Of a stretch of DNA of 64,000 nt, positions 51,569 to 61,683 are shown piece by piece (the first letter of the stretch is position 1; each line of letters begins with the position of its first letter). The position numbers were made by a program, and so were the translations under genes. The stretch lies in assembly GCA_965248755.1 (NCBI GenBank), contig OZ252149.1, positions 3,392,001 through 3,456,000 of the forward strand, written 5' to 3'. A model generated the notes under the pieces. The model was not told where the DNA came from, did not search any database, and saw nothing but the letters and a program-made list of their open reading frames with translations. The stretch comes from Candidatus Latescibacterota bacterium (GTDB taxonomy: Bacteria; Latescibacterota; CBDEFO01).

Positions 51569-51750
51569 TTAGATACCCGCTAGTACCCGTTCTATTTTCT
51601 CCTTCGACACGCAGGCCATAGAGGGTTTGATCACATAGTTGCTCACACCCGCTTTCATAGCTTCTATTTTATACTCCTGGATACTCCTTGTGTTGCCATA
51701 GGTATAGCTAGATCCTTCAAGTCACCGTCGCCATTTCGCCGGGCCCTCAG
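51569..51750 (-). pseudogene. CheY-like response regulator remnant
   Basis: 'IEAMKAGVSNYVIKP....SKEKIERVL*', preceded out of frame by 'DGDLKDLAI.MAT'. Confidence 0.7.
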
Positions 51751-51771
51751 CAAGCTATCAGGCAATCTGTT

Positions 51772-52233
51772 TTATCCTTTCCAGGCGATCCTCGGACGCC
51801 TTGAGTTTTTCCGAGTGGATGCGATTTTCCTGAAACTGTATCTTTGTGTTGCCATCTCGTACTGCTTTACAGCCCGCTCCACCGTATGCAACACCTCTGG
51901 TATGCCGAATGGCTTCACTATGTAGTCATATACTCCCTCTCTCAGCGCCTCCACCGCAGAGTTATAGCTCGGATAGGCGGTCATTATTATTACGGGGATT
52001 TCCTCATCTTTTGCGCCAATGGCCGACGTGACTTCCAGTCCATCTACTCCCGGCATCTTGAGATCCACTAACGCGGTGTGCAATGTCACTTCTTTAATCA
52101 TCTCGATCGCCTCTTGGCCATTTTGAGCTAAAAGGACGCTGTAGCCGCGACTGGTCAAAGAGCGACACAGCAGATCTCTTATCAAGAGCTCGTCGTCTAC
52201 TACCAAAACTGTCGTGATTTCCACAGTCCTCAC
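51772..52233 (-). CDS. response regulator receiver protein
   Basis: 'VLVVDDE', 'DLKMP', 'MTAY', 'YIVKPF'. Confidence 0.9.
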   Translation of the reverse strand: MRTVEITTVLVVDDELLIRDLLCRSLTSRGYSVLLAQNGQEAIEMIKEVTLHTALVDLKMPGVDGLEVTSAIGAKDEEIPVIIMTAYPSYNSAVEALREGVYDYIVKPFGIPEVLHTVERAVKQYEMATQRYSFRKIASTRKNSRRPRIAWKG

Positions 52234-52787
52234 CTCCTTTCTATAATCTCTGCCAATCCACTATACCTTTGGTCGGAAAAGCTCCGCTTTCAGAAAGGTC
52301 TATAGTGTGTGGCATATCGCTTTCAATGCCCTTTGTGTCAGTTGTGAATTGAATTCGAGGTTTGTCCAACCTGGGTGGAACTTCACTTTTGATTTTTCCC
52401 CTTTCAGGTTTAAGCCTTTCAGGTTTAAGCCTGTATGGAATTAAATATCAGCTCAAAATAGTCCGGTACAAATTGTAGAGATACAAAATAGTAAAGAGGT
52501 TTACTTAGATAACTTGGCTTGCTAGCAATTCGTGCCCTGAGAAAAGGAGTGGCAGCAGCGCACGGAGTACCCACGGCGCCTGAAAATGAGACTGCTTGGC
52601 TTCGTCCCTTCGTTCATTGCAGTAAACTTTGTGGTCTCTTGCCTGCACTACCCAGCAAGCGCCGCCGCCCCGACCCCGTCAGGAGTTGCGACCCCGCAGG
52701 AGACGCTGAACGGAGCGAATCTCAAAGGAGATCCCTGTCTAATTATGTCTGATAAGTTTTGTCAAGCTACTTAGGTGTCTTGTTGCC

Positions 52788-53162
52788 TCAGTGCAGAAGA
52801 TCGTCTACCACCTTCTTAACAGTGTCTATGTCGAACGGTTTCTGCAAAAAGCCGTCAGCTTTACACCTCTTGATTTCCTCGAGGCTCTCTCCAACGCCGA
52901 GTGCAGCTATAATAACTACAGGCAGATCTGGAGATTTCTCCTTGATAGTCCTGAGCAGGGCAAGTCCATCCATCCTGGGCATGTATATATCCGTGATAAC
53001 CAGTCCGAACTTTCTGTTTTCCATCGTGTGGAGGGCCTCCTGACCATCGCAGGCAGTAGCGACCGTGTATCCTGATTCTCCTAATACGGCAGTTAGTACC
53101 TCTACTATCCCTTCCTCATCATCGACTACCAAAATATGTTCCATCCTCTTTCCCTTTATCAC
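52788..53162 (-). CDS. single-domain response regulator
   Basis: 'ILVVDDE', 'DIYMP', 'FLQKPF'. Confidence 0.9.
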   Translation of the reverse strand: MIKGKRMEHILVVDDEEGIVEVLTAVLGESGYTVATACDGQEALHTMENRKFGLVITDIYMPRMDGLALLRTIKEKSPDLPVVIIAALGVGESLEEIKRCKADGFLQKPFDIDTVKKVVDDLLH

Positions 53163-53176
53163 TATCCAGTCTCGTT

Positions 53177-53863
53177 CTAACTTTTGTCTTCTCTTTCCTT
53201 AGACTCAGAAGACTCAGACTTTTCTACATCTATCATGTTTACTCCACCGTGATATTCCACTACCTCCGCTTTGATAAGCTCAGATAACTTCCATACTACA
53301 TCGTGTATCTTAAGGCAGGAGTCCTGGATAGCCTTCAATCTTGTGACGGTATCACTCTTTCGGGTATTCGAGTTTGCCAAAAGGAGCTGGGCGTTTCCCA
53401 TAATGACGTTCAGAGGGTTGTTTATCTCGTGATTCAAGGTAACTGCAGTTCTGCTGATTGCTTCTGTTTGTGCTAACTGGATGAGTTCATCTACAGATTT
53501 TTTGAAGTTCAATGCTCCCTCCACAGCGGACACTAAGGCCTTCTCTTTAACAAGCTTAGTTACGTAACTACAAGCAACGTCTGAAATGACCTGAGCCTCC
53601 GGTTCTTCTGCAGTCTTGGTAATAATAGATAAGACGGGTGTTAAGGGACTATTTTTCCTAATTTGCTTTATGATCTCTCCTTTGCTTTCTGCGTCTGCAT
53701 CAACCACGAACAGACTAAAGTCGCCGCTGTATTGGGTGTTCTGTCCCTCTTCTACACCTGAGGTCCCAATTACATCGTATTTTCGTTCTTTCAGGAGTCC
53801 TTCGATTCGTCTTTGGGTCGAATTCCCCGCTCCGATGACCAATATCTTTGTCTGCTGTGACAA
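53177..53863 (-). CDS. degenerate receiver domain + HisKA dimerisation domain protein
   Basis: Receiver-like N-terminus lacking the acidic pair; 'LNHEINNPL' H-box; no ATPase domain. Confidence 0.75.
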   Translation of the reverse strand: MSQQTKILVIGAGNSTQRRIEGLLKERKYDVIGTSGVEEGQNTQYSGDFSLFVVDADAESKGEIIKQIRKNSPLTPVLSIITKTAEEPEAQVISDVACSYVTKLVKEKALVSAVEGALNFKKSVDELIQLAQTEAISRTAVTLNHEINNPLNVIMGNAQLLLANSNTRKSDTVTRLKAIQDSCLKIHDVVWKLSELIKAEVVEYHGGVNMIDVEKSESSESKEREDKS

Positions 53864-54306
53864 AATTTAACCTTTCTGAACGAACTGAGACACTACTGTC
53901 ACCTGAAATCTTTAAAATAAAATGAAACTCAGTCGCAAGATGTGGGGTTGAACAAACGATACCAGATGAAGAAGTGGCACCAAAATTCAGCAATAGATAA
54001 TTTACGCACCGGGGCACTTCGTGCTTTGCTGCCTCCTCTCCCCAGCAAAGCGCCCGCGGCGCCCAGCCCTTGGGACGACCACTTCGTGGCATGTGCCTCC
54101 ACATCTTAACTATGCCCGCACTGCCACGGAGCCTCGCGCCTGCGCGGTGTTTGATCAGTGCTTGCTTATCTCCAAAACGAAAACTACTTCACCCTGGAAC
54201 TACACCTGAATCAGTAACATTTCACAATGTGATCTCAATAAAACCGGCTCAATTGAATTCTGGGTTATATACCTAGCCAGAGGCTTGTTTACTAAAACAG
54301 TTCAGA

Positions 54307-54990
54307 TCAAGTTGCCAAAAATAACACAACAACGCGCCGGTTTTTCACCTGATTTTCCGGGATGGACGAGCCATCCTCGGCGTTGTGGGGAACTTCAGGT
54401 CTCGTATCGGAGTATCCCACTACTCTCAGACGCTCTGCAGGGACCCCCTTATCTATAAAGAATTTGACTACACTGCTGGCTCTGGAGGCTGAAAGTTCCC
54501 AATTGGAGGGGAATATAGGCGACGATATAGGTATGTTATCCGTATGTCCTTCAATAGCGATGTTGTAGGGGATCTTATTTATTTCTTCTGCGATCTCTGA
54601 TAAAATCGGCTTAGCCGTTTGCCGCAGAGTTGCTTTTCCCAACTTAAACAGGACACTCCCCCTAAGGTTAAGGGCAACTCCTCTATTTGTCATCTTGACA
54701 TCGACCTTATCCTCAAGTCCTTTATCCTCCACCACCTTAGTAATCTTCTGGTGGAGTTCTGGGAGAGATATTTGGATTTCCGCTTCATCTATCTCCCCCA
54801 TAGCGCCCGCCATAGACTGAGCTACCTGGCCAAATTTCACGGGGTTTATCTCAGACATCGCCACGATGATTATGAAAAAGCACAGTACGAGCGTCACCAT
54901 ATCGCTGTAGGATATGAGCCAGTCGTCGCCCTCATCCCCTGCTTTCCCCTGCCCTAAAGACAAATCCTTGTCTTTGTCTGAATCATTCAT
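54307..54990 (-). CDS. motB: flagellar motor stator protein MotB
   Basis: 'WLISYSDMVTLVLCFF', OmpA-like 'EGHTDN', 'NWELSASRA', 'NRRV'. Confidence 0.93.
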   Translation of the reverse strand: MNDSDKDKDLSLGQGKAGDEGDDWLISYSDMVTLVLCFFIIIVAMSEINPVKFGQVAQSMAGAMGEIDEAEIQISLPELHQKITKVVEDKGLEDKVDVKMTNRGVALNLRGSVLFKLGKATLRQTAKPILSEIAEEINKIPYNIAIEGHTDNIPISSPIFPSNWELSASRASSVVKFFIDKGVPAERLRVVGYSDTRPEVPHNAEDGSSIPENQVKNRRVVVLFLAT

Positions 54991-55122
54991 AAAGTAATCC
55001 TCATCTCAAGTAGATAGTAATCAGTACACAGTAGGTACGGGCCGTGGCCACTCCTGCCTGTCTATCATCTACTATTCAAGCCTTTTGCTCATTCCATCAA
55101 AAGTTTTCAGTGCATCATTTGC

Positions 55123-55917
55123 TCACCGTGTTCCCGCTGAGGCGCTCATCTTCCTTTCGAGAATCTTCCGTTTGGCGGGCGGTACGAATGAATTCAGATA
55201 GTCCAGAATCTTAAAGGGTTGCCAGCCCTCCCTTATCATGGTAATACTTGCGGTCAGCATTCTTGCCAAAAGCGCCCGTTCTTCCTTCCGCTTTTCCAAT
55301 TTTACCGCTATCGGTTTGAATAGCAAGTTGGCCATTAACACGCCATAGAAGGTCGTCACTAAAGCTACAGCCATACCTCCGCCTATTTTGTCCATAGAGC
55401 CTGCGTCCATGTTTGACAGAAGATCGATGAGACCTATCAGAGTTCCCAACATTCCGAAGGCGGGTGCGAACTTAGCCATATTTCTGAATATATCTGCTTC
55501 TCCCTCCTCACGTATATTCTGGTACACAACTCGCTCATTTAGTATTTCCCTTATCTCCTCTGCAGGATATCCGTCGATGAGCATCTCAACAGCGTCCCTT
55601 AAGAACGGATGCTTTATCTTGTCAACTATCTCCTCCAATGCAAGGATGTCTCCGCGCGCCTTGGCGGAAAGGGAGGCTACCTGTTCTATGTGATCCTCAA
55701 GGCGCGGCGGTTCCTTTTTAAACACTATGAAGAATACTTTGAATCCTCTTATTACTGTCGGCAACGGAAAGCTGATGAACGTCGCGGCCGCTGTCCCTCC
55801 AAGGACGATGATTATGCCGGGTAGGTTGATAAAGAAATTGATATCCGCCTGCAACATAATCGCCGCGGTAAGGAGGGTCACACCGAGGATGATACCAAGG
55901 ATAGTGGATGTGTTCAT
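55123..55917 (-). CDS. motA: flagellar motor stator protein MotA
   Basis: 'IVLGGT', 'APAFGMLGTLIGL', 'MAVALVTTFYG...ANL.F.P'. Confidence 0.93.
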   Translation of the reverse strand: MNTSTILGIILGVTLLTAAIMLQADINFFINLPGIIIVLGGTAAATFISFPLPTVIRGFKVFFIVFKKEPPRLEDHIEQVASLSAKARGDILALEEIVDKIKHPFLRDAVEMLIDGYPAEEIREILNERVVYQNIREEGEADIFRNMAKFAPAFGMLGTLIGLIDLLSNMDAGSMDKIGGGMAVALVTTFYGVLMANLLFKPIAVKLEKRKEERALLARMLTASITMIREGWQPFKILDYLNSFVPPAKRKILERKMSASAGTR

Positions 55918-56477
55918 CTATACCTCTCTTATTGTCCGGACTTTGAAACGATGACAGAGAGGATTTGTGATTTGAGGCACCATCTGTCTCTGTATCTCCT
56001 AAAATGGGGAGCAATTTCTATACCATATATTATATGGAAGATTGCACAGCCATACATTAAGCCTCCTTTCGCGACAATTGTTACAGGTTAAAATTAAAGG
56101 GAATTATTTTCGTCAACGTAAGAAAAGACTGAATTATACGTGTGTCTTAAGGCAGGTGTCTACTACTATTGTGAGGGTCTAAGAATGTAGAGCGCAAGAT
56201 AAGCAAAAAAAGATGCAAAGTCAAGACAAAAGTTGACCCCGGATATGACACGAAAGTTTGCTTATAATCTGTCAATAGACAGACCCCAAGGTGCTCCTAT
56301 ACCTATTTCAAAGCAGCAAAAAAGGTTCCCGATCGGAAAAAGTTGCCGATATTCTATAGACATCGCGCCCCTGCTGGAGTTGGTAACTCTGACTTTTCGA
56401 GTAATTTTCTTTGATCAATCGAATACTACATAGTTCTGATAGAAAGCTGTGTAAATTTGCAGTCCATATTTATCTTG

Positions 56478-56493
56478 TGGCATAGGATTTGCG
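56478..56493 (+). promoter_or_regulatory. sigma-54 promoter for the flgF operon
   Basis: TGGCATAGGATTTGCG (GG-N10-GC) upstream of flgF. Confidence 0.75.
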
Positions 56494-56750
56494 CCGTTTC
56501 ACGCTTGCAGATACATTAATCACGTATGATTTTTGTTGATTGTCAAGTGTTCGCCTATTATGCAGAAGGGGTCAAGAGGTATGAAAGACGGAATACTTTA
56601 TCCACTCTCAAAGCTTAGACTCAGGCTGTGGCTTCTAAACCGGAAAATGGACAAGCTCGGCAAGCGAATATACAAAATTACCTCGAGACAGGCTCGTTCG
56701 TAGCATGCATGTTTTGCATCTGTGCTATTTTCAATTGGAGAGACTCTTTC

Positions 56751-57515
56751 ATGATAAAAGGAATATATACAGCGTCATCCTCCATGATCTCCCGTCCGAT
56801 CACACTGCAAGTAATAGCCAACAACCTAGCTAACGTCAACACTCCAGGTTTTAAGAAGGACTCCATAAAGTTCAGATCGCTTCTGGACGCCAACGTGTCG
56901 CTTCGTCAGGCAGGAGCGATAGAGTCAGGCGGTGTAGAAGACAGTATAGAATATAGAGTAGATTTCCGGCTGGGGCCTATTCAACAGACGCATGGACGCT
57001 TAGACGTGGCGATAGATGGAGACGGATTCTTTTCGCTTGAAACACCCGCTGGAACTAGATATACCAGAAACGGCAGTTTCAGGCTGGATGCAGAGGGAAA
57101 TCTAACTACACACACACACTTTCAAGTTCTGGGAGAGGGCGGCGCAATACAGATAGATGAGAATGATGTCAATATCAGAATCAACAGCAGAGGAGATATC
57201 ATGGTCGATAGAGATGTAGGCGGCGTAGTCGGTGGTCAGATTATAGGCAAGCTACTGATAACCGATTTTGACAAGCCTTACCAGCTCGCCAAGGATACAA
57301 ACGGTCTATTTGTCCCTTCTGATCCATCCTACAGTGGCAATGTAGTAATAGATCCGTCTGTAAAGCAAGGTTTCTTGGAGAATTCCAACGTAAACCCCTT
57401 CGAAGCGATGGTGGAGATGATAGAGAACATGCAAAACAATCAATCCTCTCAAAAGGTGATGTCATATCAGGATGACACTTTAAGAAAAGCTGTAACCGAA
57501 GTGGGAAGCTTCTGA
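56751..57515 (+). CDS. flgF: flagellar basal-body rod protein FlgF
   Basis: 'ANNLANVNTPGFK', 'YTRNGSF', 'LENSNVN'; precedes flgG. Confidence 0.85.
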   Translation: MIKGIYTASSSMISRPITLQVIANNLANVNTPGFKKDSIKFRSLLDANVSLRQAGAIESGGVEDSIEYRVDFRLGPIQQTHGRLDVAIDGDGFFSLETPAGTRYTRNGSFRLDAEGNLTTHTHFQVLGEGGAIQIDENDVNIRINSRGDIMVDRDVGGVVGGQIIGKLLITDFDKPYQLAKDTNGLFVPSDPSYSGNVVIDPSVKQGFLENSNVNPFEAMVEMIENMQNNQSSQKVMSYQDDTLRKAVTEVGSF

Positions 57516-57697
57516 TTATGAACGCAGCTTACTATCTCTCTAGCGTAGTTATCAATTGGAATAATGGGGAATCGTGTATTTTCTCTTCAAAAGGTTCTTC
57601 GCTGCTGTGTCGTGTGCTACCTCCCCGCATAGTGGCGGCGCCATCTTTTTGGAGACCTTATTGCTTTTTAACACGGATTACTTAAGGAGGAACTTAA

Positions 57698-58486
57698 ATG
57701 ATTAGAGCGTTAAGAACAGCGGCTACTGGAATGTATGCACAGCAGCTTTATGTGGATACTATAGCTAATAACTTGGCTAACGTCAACACTACAGCCTTCA
57801 AAAAGGACAAGGTAGAATTTCAGGACCTTCTCTATCAGAGCGTTGAACTGGATAACGGCGAACCTTCTGGCGGTGAGGGTACGTCATCCCAGATACAGAT
57901 CGGAGCTGGGGTGCAGCCTGCAGCCATCCAGAAGATGTTCTCCCAGGGCGACTTAACCCCCACACAAAATGCCCTCGACATCGTTATCGAAGGGAATGGC
58001 TTCTTCCAGATAATCCGACCCGACGATTCCATAGCCTACACAAGGGATGGGACGTTCAAGCTCTCATCGGACGGCAGGATAGTCAACTCCGACGGATTTG
58101 TCCTTGAACCCGCATTATCTATTCCCCAGGACTCTACAGATATTCAGATAAGTGCTGACGGAACGGTAAGGGTTCTTTTGGCGGGGGAAGTCGATCCTCA
58201 AGAAGTAGGACAAATCGAGCTTGTCAGATTTATCAACCCCGCAGGACTTAAGAACCTCGGGGGCAACCTCTACGAAGCTACAGTCTCATCAGGCAACCCC
58301 GTAATAGGGACACCGGCGTTCGAGGGGTTAGGTAGACTTCGCCAGGGATATTTGGAAATGTCCAACGTCAAAGTCGTAGAGGAAATGGTAAACATGATCT
58401 TAGCTCAGAGGGCCTATGAGATCAACTCCAAAGTAATAAGAACTGCCGAAGAGATGCTCTCCACAGCCAATAACCTCCAGAGATAG
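57698..58486 (+). CDS. flgG: flagellar basal-body rod protein FlgG
   Basis: 'TGMYAQQ', 'FQDLLYQ', 'YTRDG.F', 'AQRAYEINSK'. Confidence 0.96.
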   Translation: MIRALRTAATGMYAQQLYVDTIANNLANVNTTAFKKDKVEFQDLLYQSVELDNGEPSGGEGTSSQIQIGAGVQPAAIQKMFSQGDLTPTQNALDIVIEGNGFFQIIRPDDSIAYTRDGTFKLSSDGRIVNSDGFVLEPALSIPQDSTDIQISADGTVRVLLAGEVDPQEVGQIELVRFINPAGLKNLGGNLYEATVSSGNPVIGTPAFEGLGRLRQGYLEMSNVKVVEEMVNMILAQRAYEINSKVIRTAEEMLSTANNLQR

Positions 58487-58497
58487 GATAGACTTAA

Positions 58498-59280
58498 ATG
58501 AAGACGCTTAGTAAAACAGTATACAGCATAAAGAGAAAGATAGGTATGCCCCGTCTACTGTCTACTACCTACTTTCTCCTCGCCTTTTCTGTAGCTTTCA
58601 TTGGGTTGTTTTTGATGGTTCAAAGTGCAGAGTGCGCCATGGAAGTACTGACTTCAGATCAGACAAAACAGAGGATAGAAAATGTTGTATATGAGCTATC
58701 TGGTAAGAGTAGAGACGACTTGATTATAGAGTTTAGGTATGTGCCTCAAAGTATAAAGGTTCCTGATGGATCACGGGTGGAGATAACACTTCCGCGAATG
58801 TTGGAACGGAGAGGTTCTGCAGTAGCTTACATCACTGTGAAGTCGGACGATGGCCGCTACACCAGGAGGATACCCGTCTCCTTAAAGCTTAGAACTTTCG
58901 ATTACGTCTTTGTGGCCAAAAAGCGACTGGGCAGAGGACATATCCTAGTTCCTGACGATATACGTAGGGAAAGAGTTGAAACTACGAATCTGTCCGGCGG
59001 CCTTGTTAAAGAGTCAAGTGAGATATACGGCAAGAAGACAAAGAGAATAGTAAACACCGGAGCGTCCATTAGGACGGATATGATTGATCTTCCCAATTTG
59101 ATCGAAAGGGGAGATATAGTCAATATAGTAGCTCATTTGGAGGGCGTGAAGGCCACAGGGGTTGGAAAGGCGAAACAGAGTGGACGCAAAGGGGATATGA
59201 TTATGATCAAGAATGTAGATTCAGGTAGACAGATAACCGGAAGAATAAAAGACTCTAGCACCGTTTTGGTCAATCAGTGA
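58498..59280 (+). CDS. flgA: flagellar P-ring formation chaperone FlgA
   Basis: SAF domain and 'IERGD.V......G.A.QSG..GD.I..KN..SG'; lies between flgG and flgH. Confidence 0.88.
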   Translation: MKTLSKTVYSIKRKIGMPRLLSTTYFLLAFSVAFIGLFLMVQSAECAMEVLTSDQTKQRIENVVYELSGKSRDDLIIEFRYVPQSIKVPDGSRVEITLPRMLERRGSAVAYITVKSDDGRYTRRIPVSLKLRTFDYVFVAKKRLGRGHILVPDDIRRERVETTNLSGGLVKESSEIYGKKTKRIVNTGASIRTDMIDLPNLIERGDIVNIVAHLEGVKATGVGKAKQSGRKGDMIMIKNVDSGRQITGRIKDSSTVLVNQ

Positions 59281-59387
59281 GCATCAAGGTGAAAGGTGCA
59301 TCTAATAAAGTCCTCCGCACAGGTACGGGTACTTATGGCAGAGAAAAAAGTGAAGATTCCAAGACGTTCAGAAGGAAAGGACTCCAC

Positions 59388-60026
59388 ATGTCTATTTTCA
59401 GATATAACAAGATATTTATCTTAGCGTTATTTGCCTGGTTTCTTGTGCATGGTGTAGCAGACTACGCAGCGGCTCAGATGGAACAGCCAGAACCGAGTGG
59501 AGCATCCACTGCCAGCGGTGCTATGTCCCTCTTTTCCGATCATAAGTCCCATAGAGTTGGAGATATACTAACAGTCTTAATCGTGGAATCGGCCAGTGCC
59601 TCAAAACAGGCTGCTACCTCTAACAAAAAGGAGTTTAATCTTTCGTCTGGAGGCACGGGTGAAGAGAGCTCTCTGAACTTTATACCACTGTTCGGACTTA
59701 AGACGAGTACGAGCTCCAGACAGGCATATTCAGGCGACGGCTCGACGAGCCGGAGGGGCGATCTTAAAGCTACAATCCCCGTCAGAGTGGTCGACGTAAG
59801 TCCAAACGGGGACCTGGCAGTCGAAGGAACCAGAGAAGTCGGAGTAAACGGTGAGTTAGAGACGATAGTTCTATCTGGGATCGTAAGACCCCAGGACATA
59901 ACCGTTGATAATACAGTTTTTTCGTTCAACATCGCCGACGCTCGGATTCACTACGAAGGTAAAGGTACAGTCAACTCTGGTCAGAAGCCCGGAATTCTCA
60001 TAAGGCTCATCAACTGGATATTCTAA
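59388..60026 (+). CDS. flgH: flagellar L-ring protein FlgH
   Basis: 'SLFSD', 'VGDILTV.I.E', 'LSGIVRPQDI..DNTV.S..IADA.I.Y.G.G'. Confidence 0.93.
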   Translation: MSIFRYNKIFILALFAWFLVHGVADYAAAQMEQPEPSGASTASGAMSLFSDHKSHRVGDILTVLIVESASASKQAATSNKKEFNLSSGGTGEESSLNFIPLFGLKTSTSSRQAYSGDGSTSRRGDLKATIPVRVVDVSPNGDLAVEGTREVGVNGELETIVLSGIVRPQDITVDNTVFSFNIADARIHYEGKGTVNSGQKPGILIRLINWIF

Positions 60027-60109
60027 ACCGTTCTGAGAAGTAGGCATCGCTGGAAGGAGATGCTCTAACCTACTTACTCTGGCTACCTAAAAGGAAGGTA
60101 ACTATCACT

Positions 60110-61228
60110 ATGTTAAATAGAATAGCGCCGTTTGTTCTATTTGTTCTCTTGATTGGTACACAGAACTCCGTCTCAGCGCAGGTCAGAATAAAGGACATAG
60201 CCGAGATAAAGGGATTTAAAGATCTCCATCTTATCGGGTATGGAATAGTAGTCGGTCTCAACGGCACAGGAGACGGACAAAGAACCATCTTTACCAAACA
60301 GTCCGTCGTAAACATGCTCAAAAGATTCAGTATAAACGTGCCTCAGGACAAAGTGAGGTCGGGGTTAGATAACGTAGCTTCGGTGATAGTAACTGCTAAG
60401 CTTTCGCCCTTTACAAAGGAAGGGAGTACGTTCGACGTTGTCGTTTCCTCCTTAGGGGACGCCACGAGCCTGGAGGGCGGCACTCTTCTTTTGACGCCGC
60501 TAACGGGATCTGGTGGACTATTCTACGGCAACGCCCAAGGATCGATATCCGTCGGGGCCTTCAGCGTTGAGACCGAGGGTGGAAGCAGCATCCGAAAGAA
60601 CCATCCGCTCGTCGGCCGGGTCCCCAACGGAGCGATGTTAGAGAGCGACCTTCCATTTGTGTTGTCTCCCAATGAGAGTCTGGAAATTGTGCTCAGACTG
60701 CCCGATTTTACCACGTCGTTGCGCACTGCAGAAGCCATAGACGATAGATTTGGAAATACAATAGCCCAGGCTCAAGATCCGGCCACGATACTTGTCGCTG
60801 TTCCCGGTGAATATCAACAGCCCGGTAGATTCGTGGAATTCATAGCCACCATCGAAGCTGTGAATATAACGCCTGACGTGGTCGCAAGAGTCGTAATAAA
60901 CGAAAGGACAGGGACCATTGCTGTCGGGAAAAACGTAAAAATATCCACAGTCGCTGTCTCGCACGGGAATATTACCATAGAGATCAGTGCGCAGCCCATA
61001 ATCTCCCAGCCCCCTCCGTTCTCGGCGGGAGAGACTATCGTTGAGCGCGAGACACAGGCATCCGTCACCACCGAAATAGCCGAAATGAGAATCATAGAGG
61101 AGACCGCAGACGTCAGCGACGTGGCAAAAGCCCTTAACGCCCTGGGGGTTACTCCCAGGGATATAATATCCATCTTCCAGGCGCTTAAAGAGGCCGGAGC
61201 CCTTAATGCCCAACTTGTGATAATGTAA
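60110..61228 (+). CDS. flgI: flagellar P-ring protein FlgI
   Basis: 'RIKDI', 'GYGIVVGLNGTGD', 'SLEGGTLL.TPL', 'INERTGT', 'AGAL.A.L'. Confidence 0.96.
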   Translation: MLNRIAPFVLFVLLIGTQNSVSAQVRIKDIAEIKGFKDLHLIGYGIVVGLNGTGDGQRTIFTKQSVVNMLKRFSINVPQDKVRSGLDNVASVIVTAKLSPFTKEGSTFDVVVSSLGDATSLEGGTLLLTPLTGSGGLFYGNAQGSISVGAFSVETEGGSSIRKNHPLVGRVPNGAMLESDLPFVLSPNESLEIVLRLPDFTTSLRTAEAIDDRFGNTIAQAQDPATILVAVPGEYQQPGRFVEFIATIEAVNITPDVVARVVINERTGTIAVGKNVKISTVAVSHGNITIEISAQPIISQPPPFSAGETIVERETQASVTTEIAEMRIIEETADVSDVAKALNALGVTPRDIISIFQALKEAGALNAQLVIM

Positions 61229-61248
61229 AGTATGGAAACCTAAACGCT

Positions 61249-61605
61249 ATGCCTTTTATCCCGATTTCAGATACAACGTCCACTTTCAAGCCCATATCGC
61301 GCTCTGTTCAAAGAGACGCACCTCAAAAAGCCGATGCAGACGATTTGAAGCTTCAGAAAATCTCAAAGGACTTCGAGTCTATATTCGTCTTCTATCTGCT
61401 TGAGACTATGAATTCAACAGTGCTTGAATCAGATCCGCTGGAAAAAGGTTCGGAAGGGGACTACTTTAGATCATCTCTTAATCAGGAGATAGCCAAACAA
61501 ATTTCCCATAGAGGGGACATCGGACTCTGGAAGATGATCTACAATGATCTTAAAGGAAAGGTAGAGGCGCAGAACGAATCCAAGGAGACAGAAGATCAAA
61601 ATTAG
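61249..61605 (+). CDS. flgJ: rod-binding protein (FlgJ N-terminal domain)
   Basis: 'KLQKISKDFESIF...L..M', 'IGLWKMIY.DL'; follows flgI. Confidence 0.75.
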   Translation: MPFIPISDTTSTFKPISRSVQRDAPQKADADDLKLQKISKDFESIFVFYLLETMNSTVLESDPLEKGSEGDYFRSSLNQEIAKQISHRGDIGLWKMIYNDLKGKVEAQNESKETEDQN

Positions 61606-61683
61606 AAAATTAACAAAGCTACCCTTCCCATCTTTGTATGCCCCCAACTGTTTGCTGTCGATTGGTCAAGGCTTACTTCAACT

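Noticed and set aside
52400..52432. Short tandem duplications (CCTTTCAGGTTTAAG x2; also a 15-bp pair near 9915-9944)
   Set aside because: Only two units each; consistent with local slippage.
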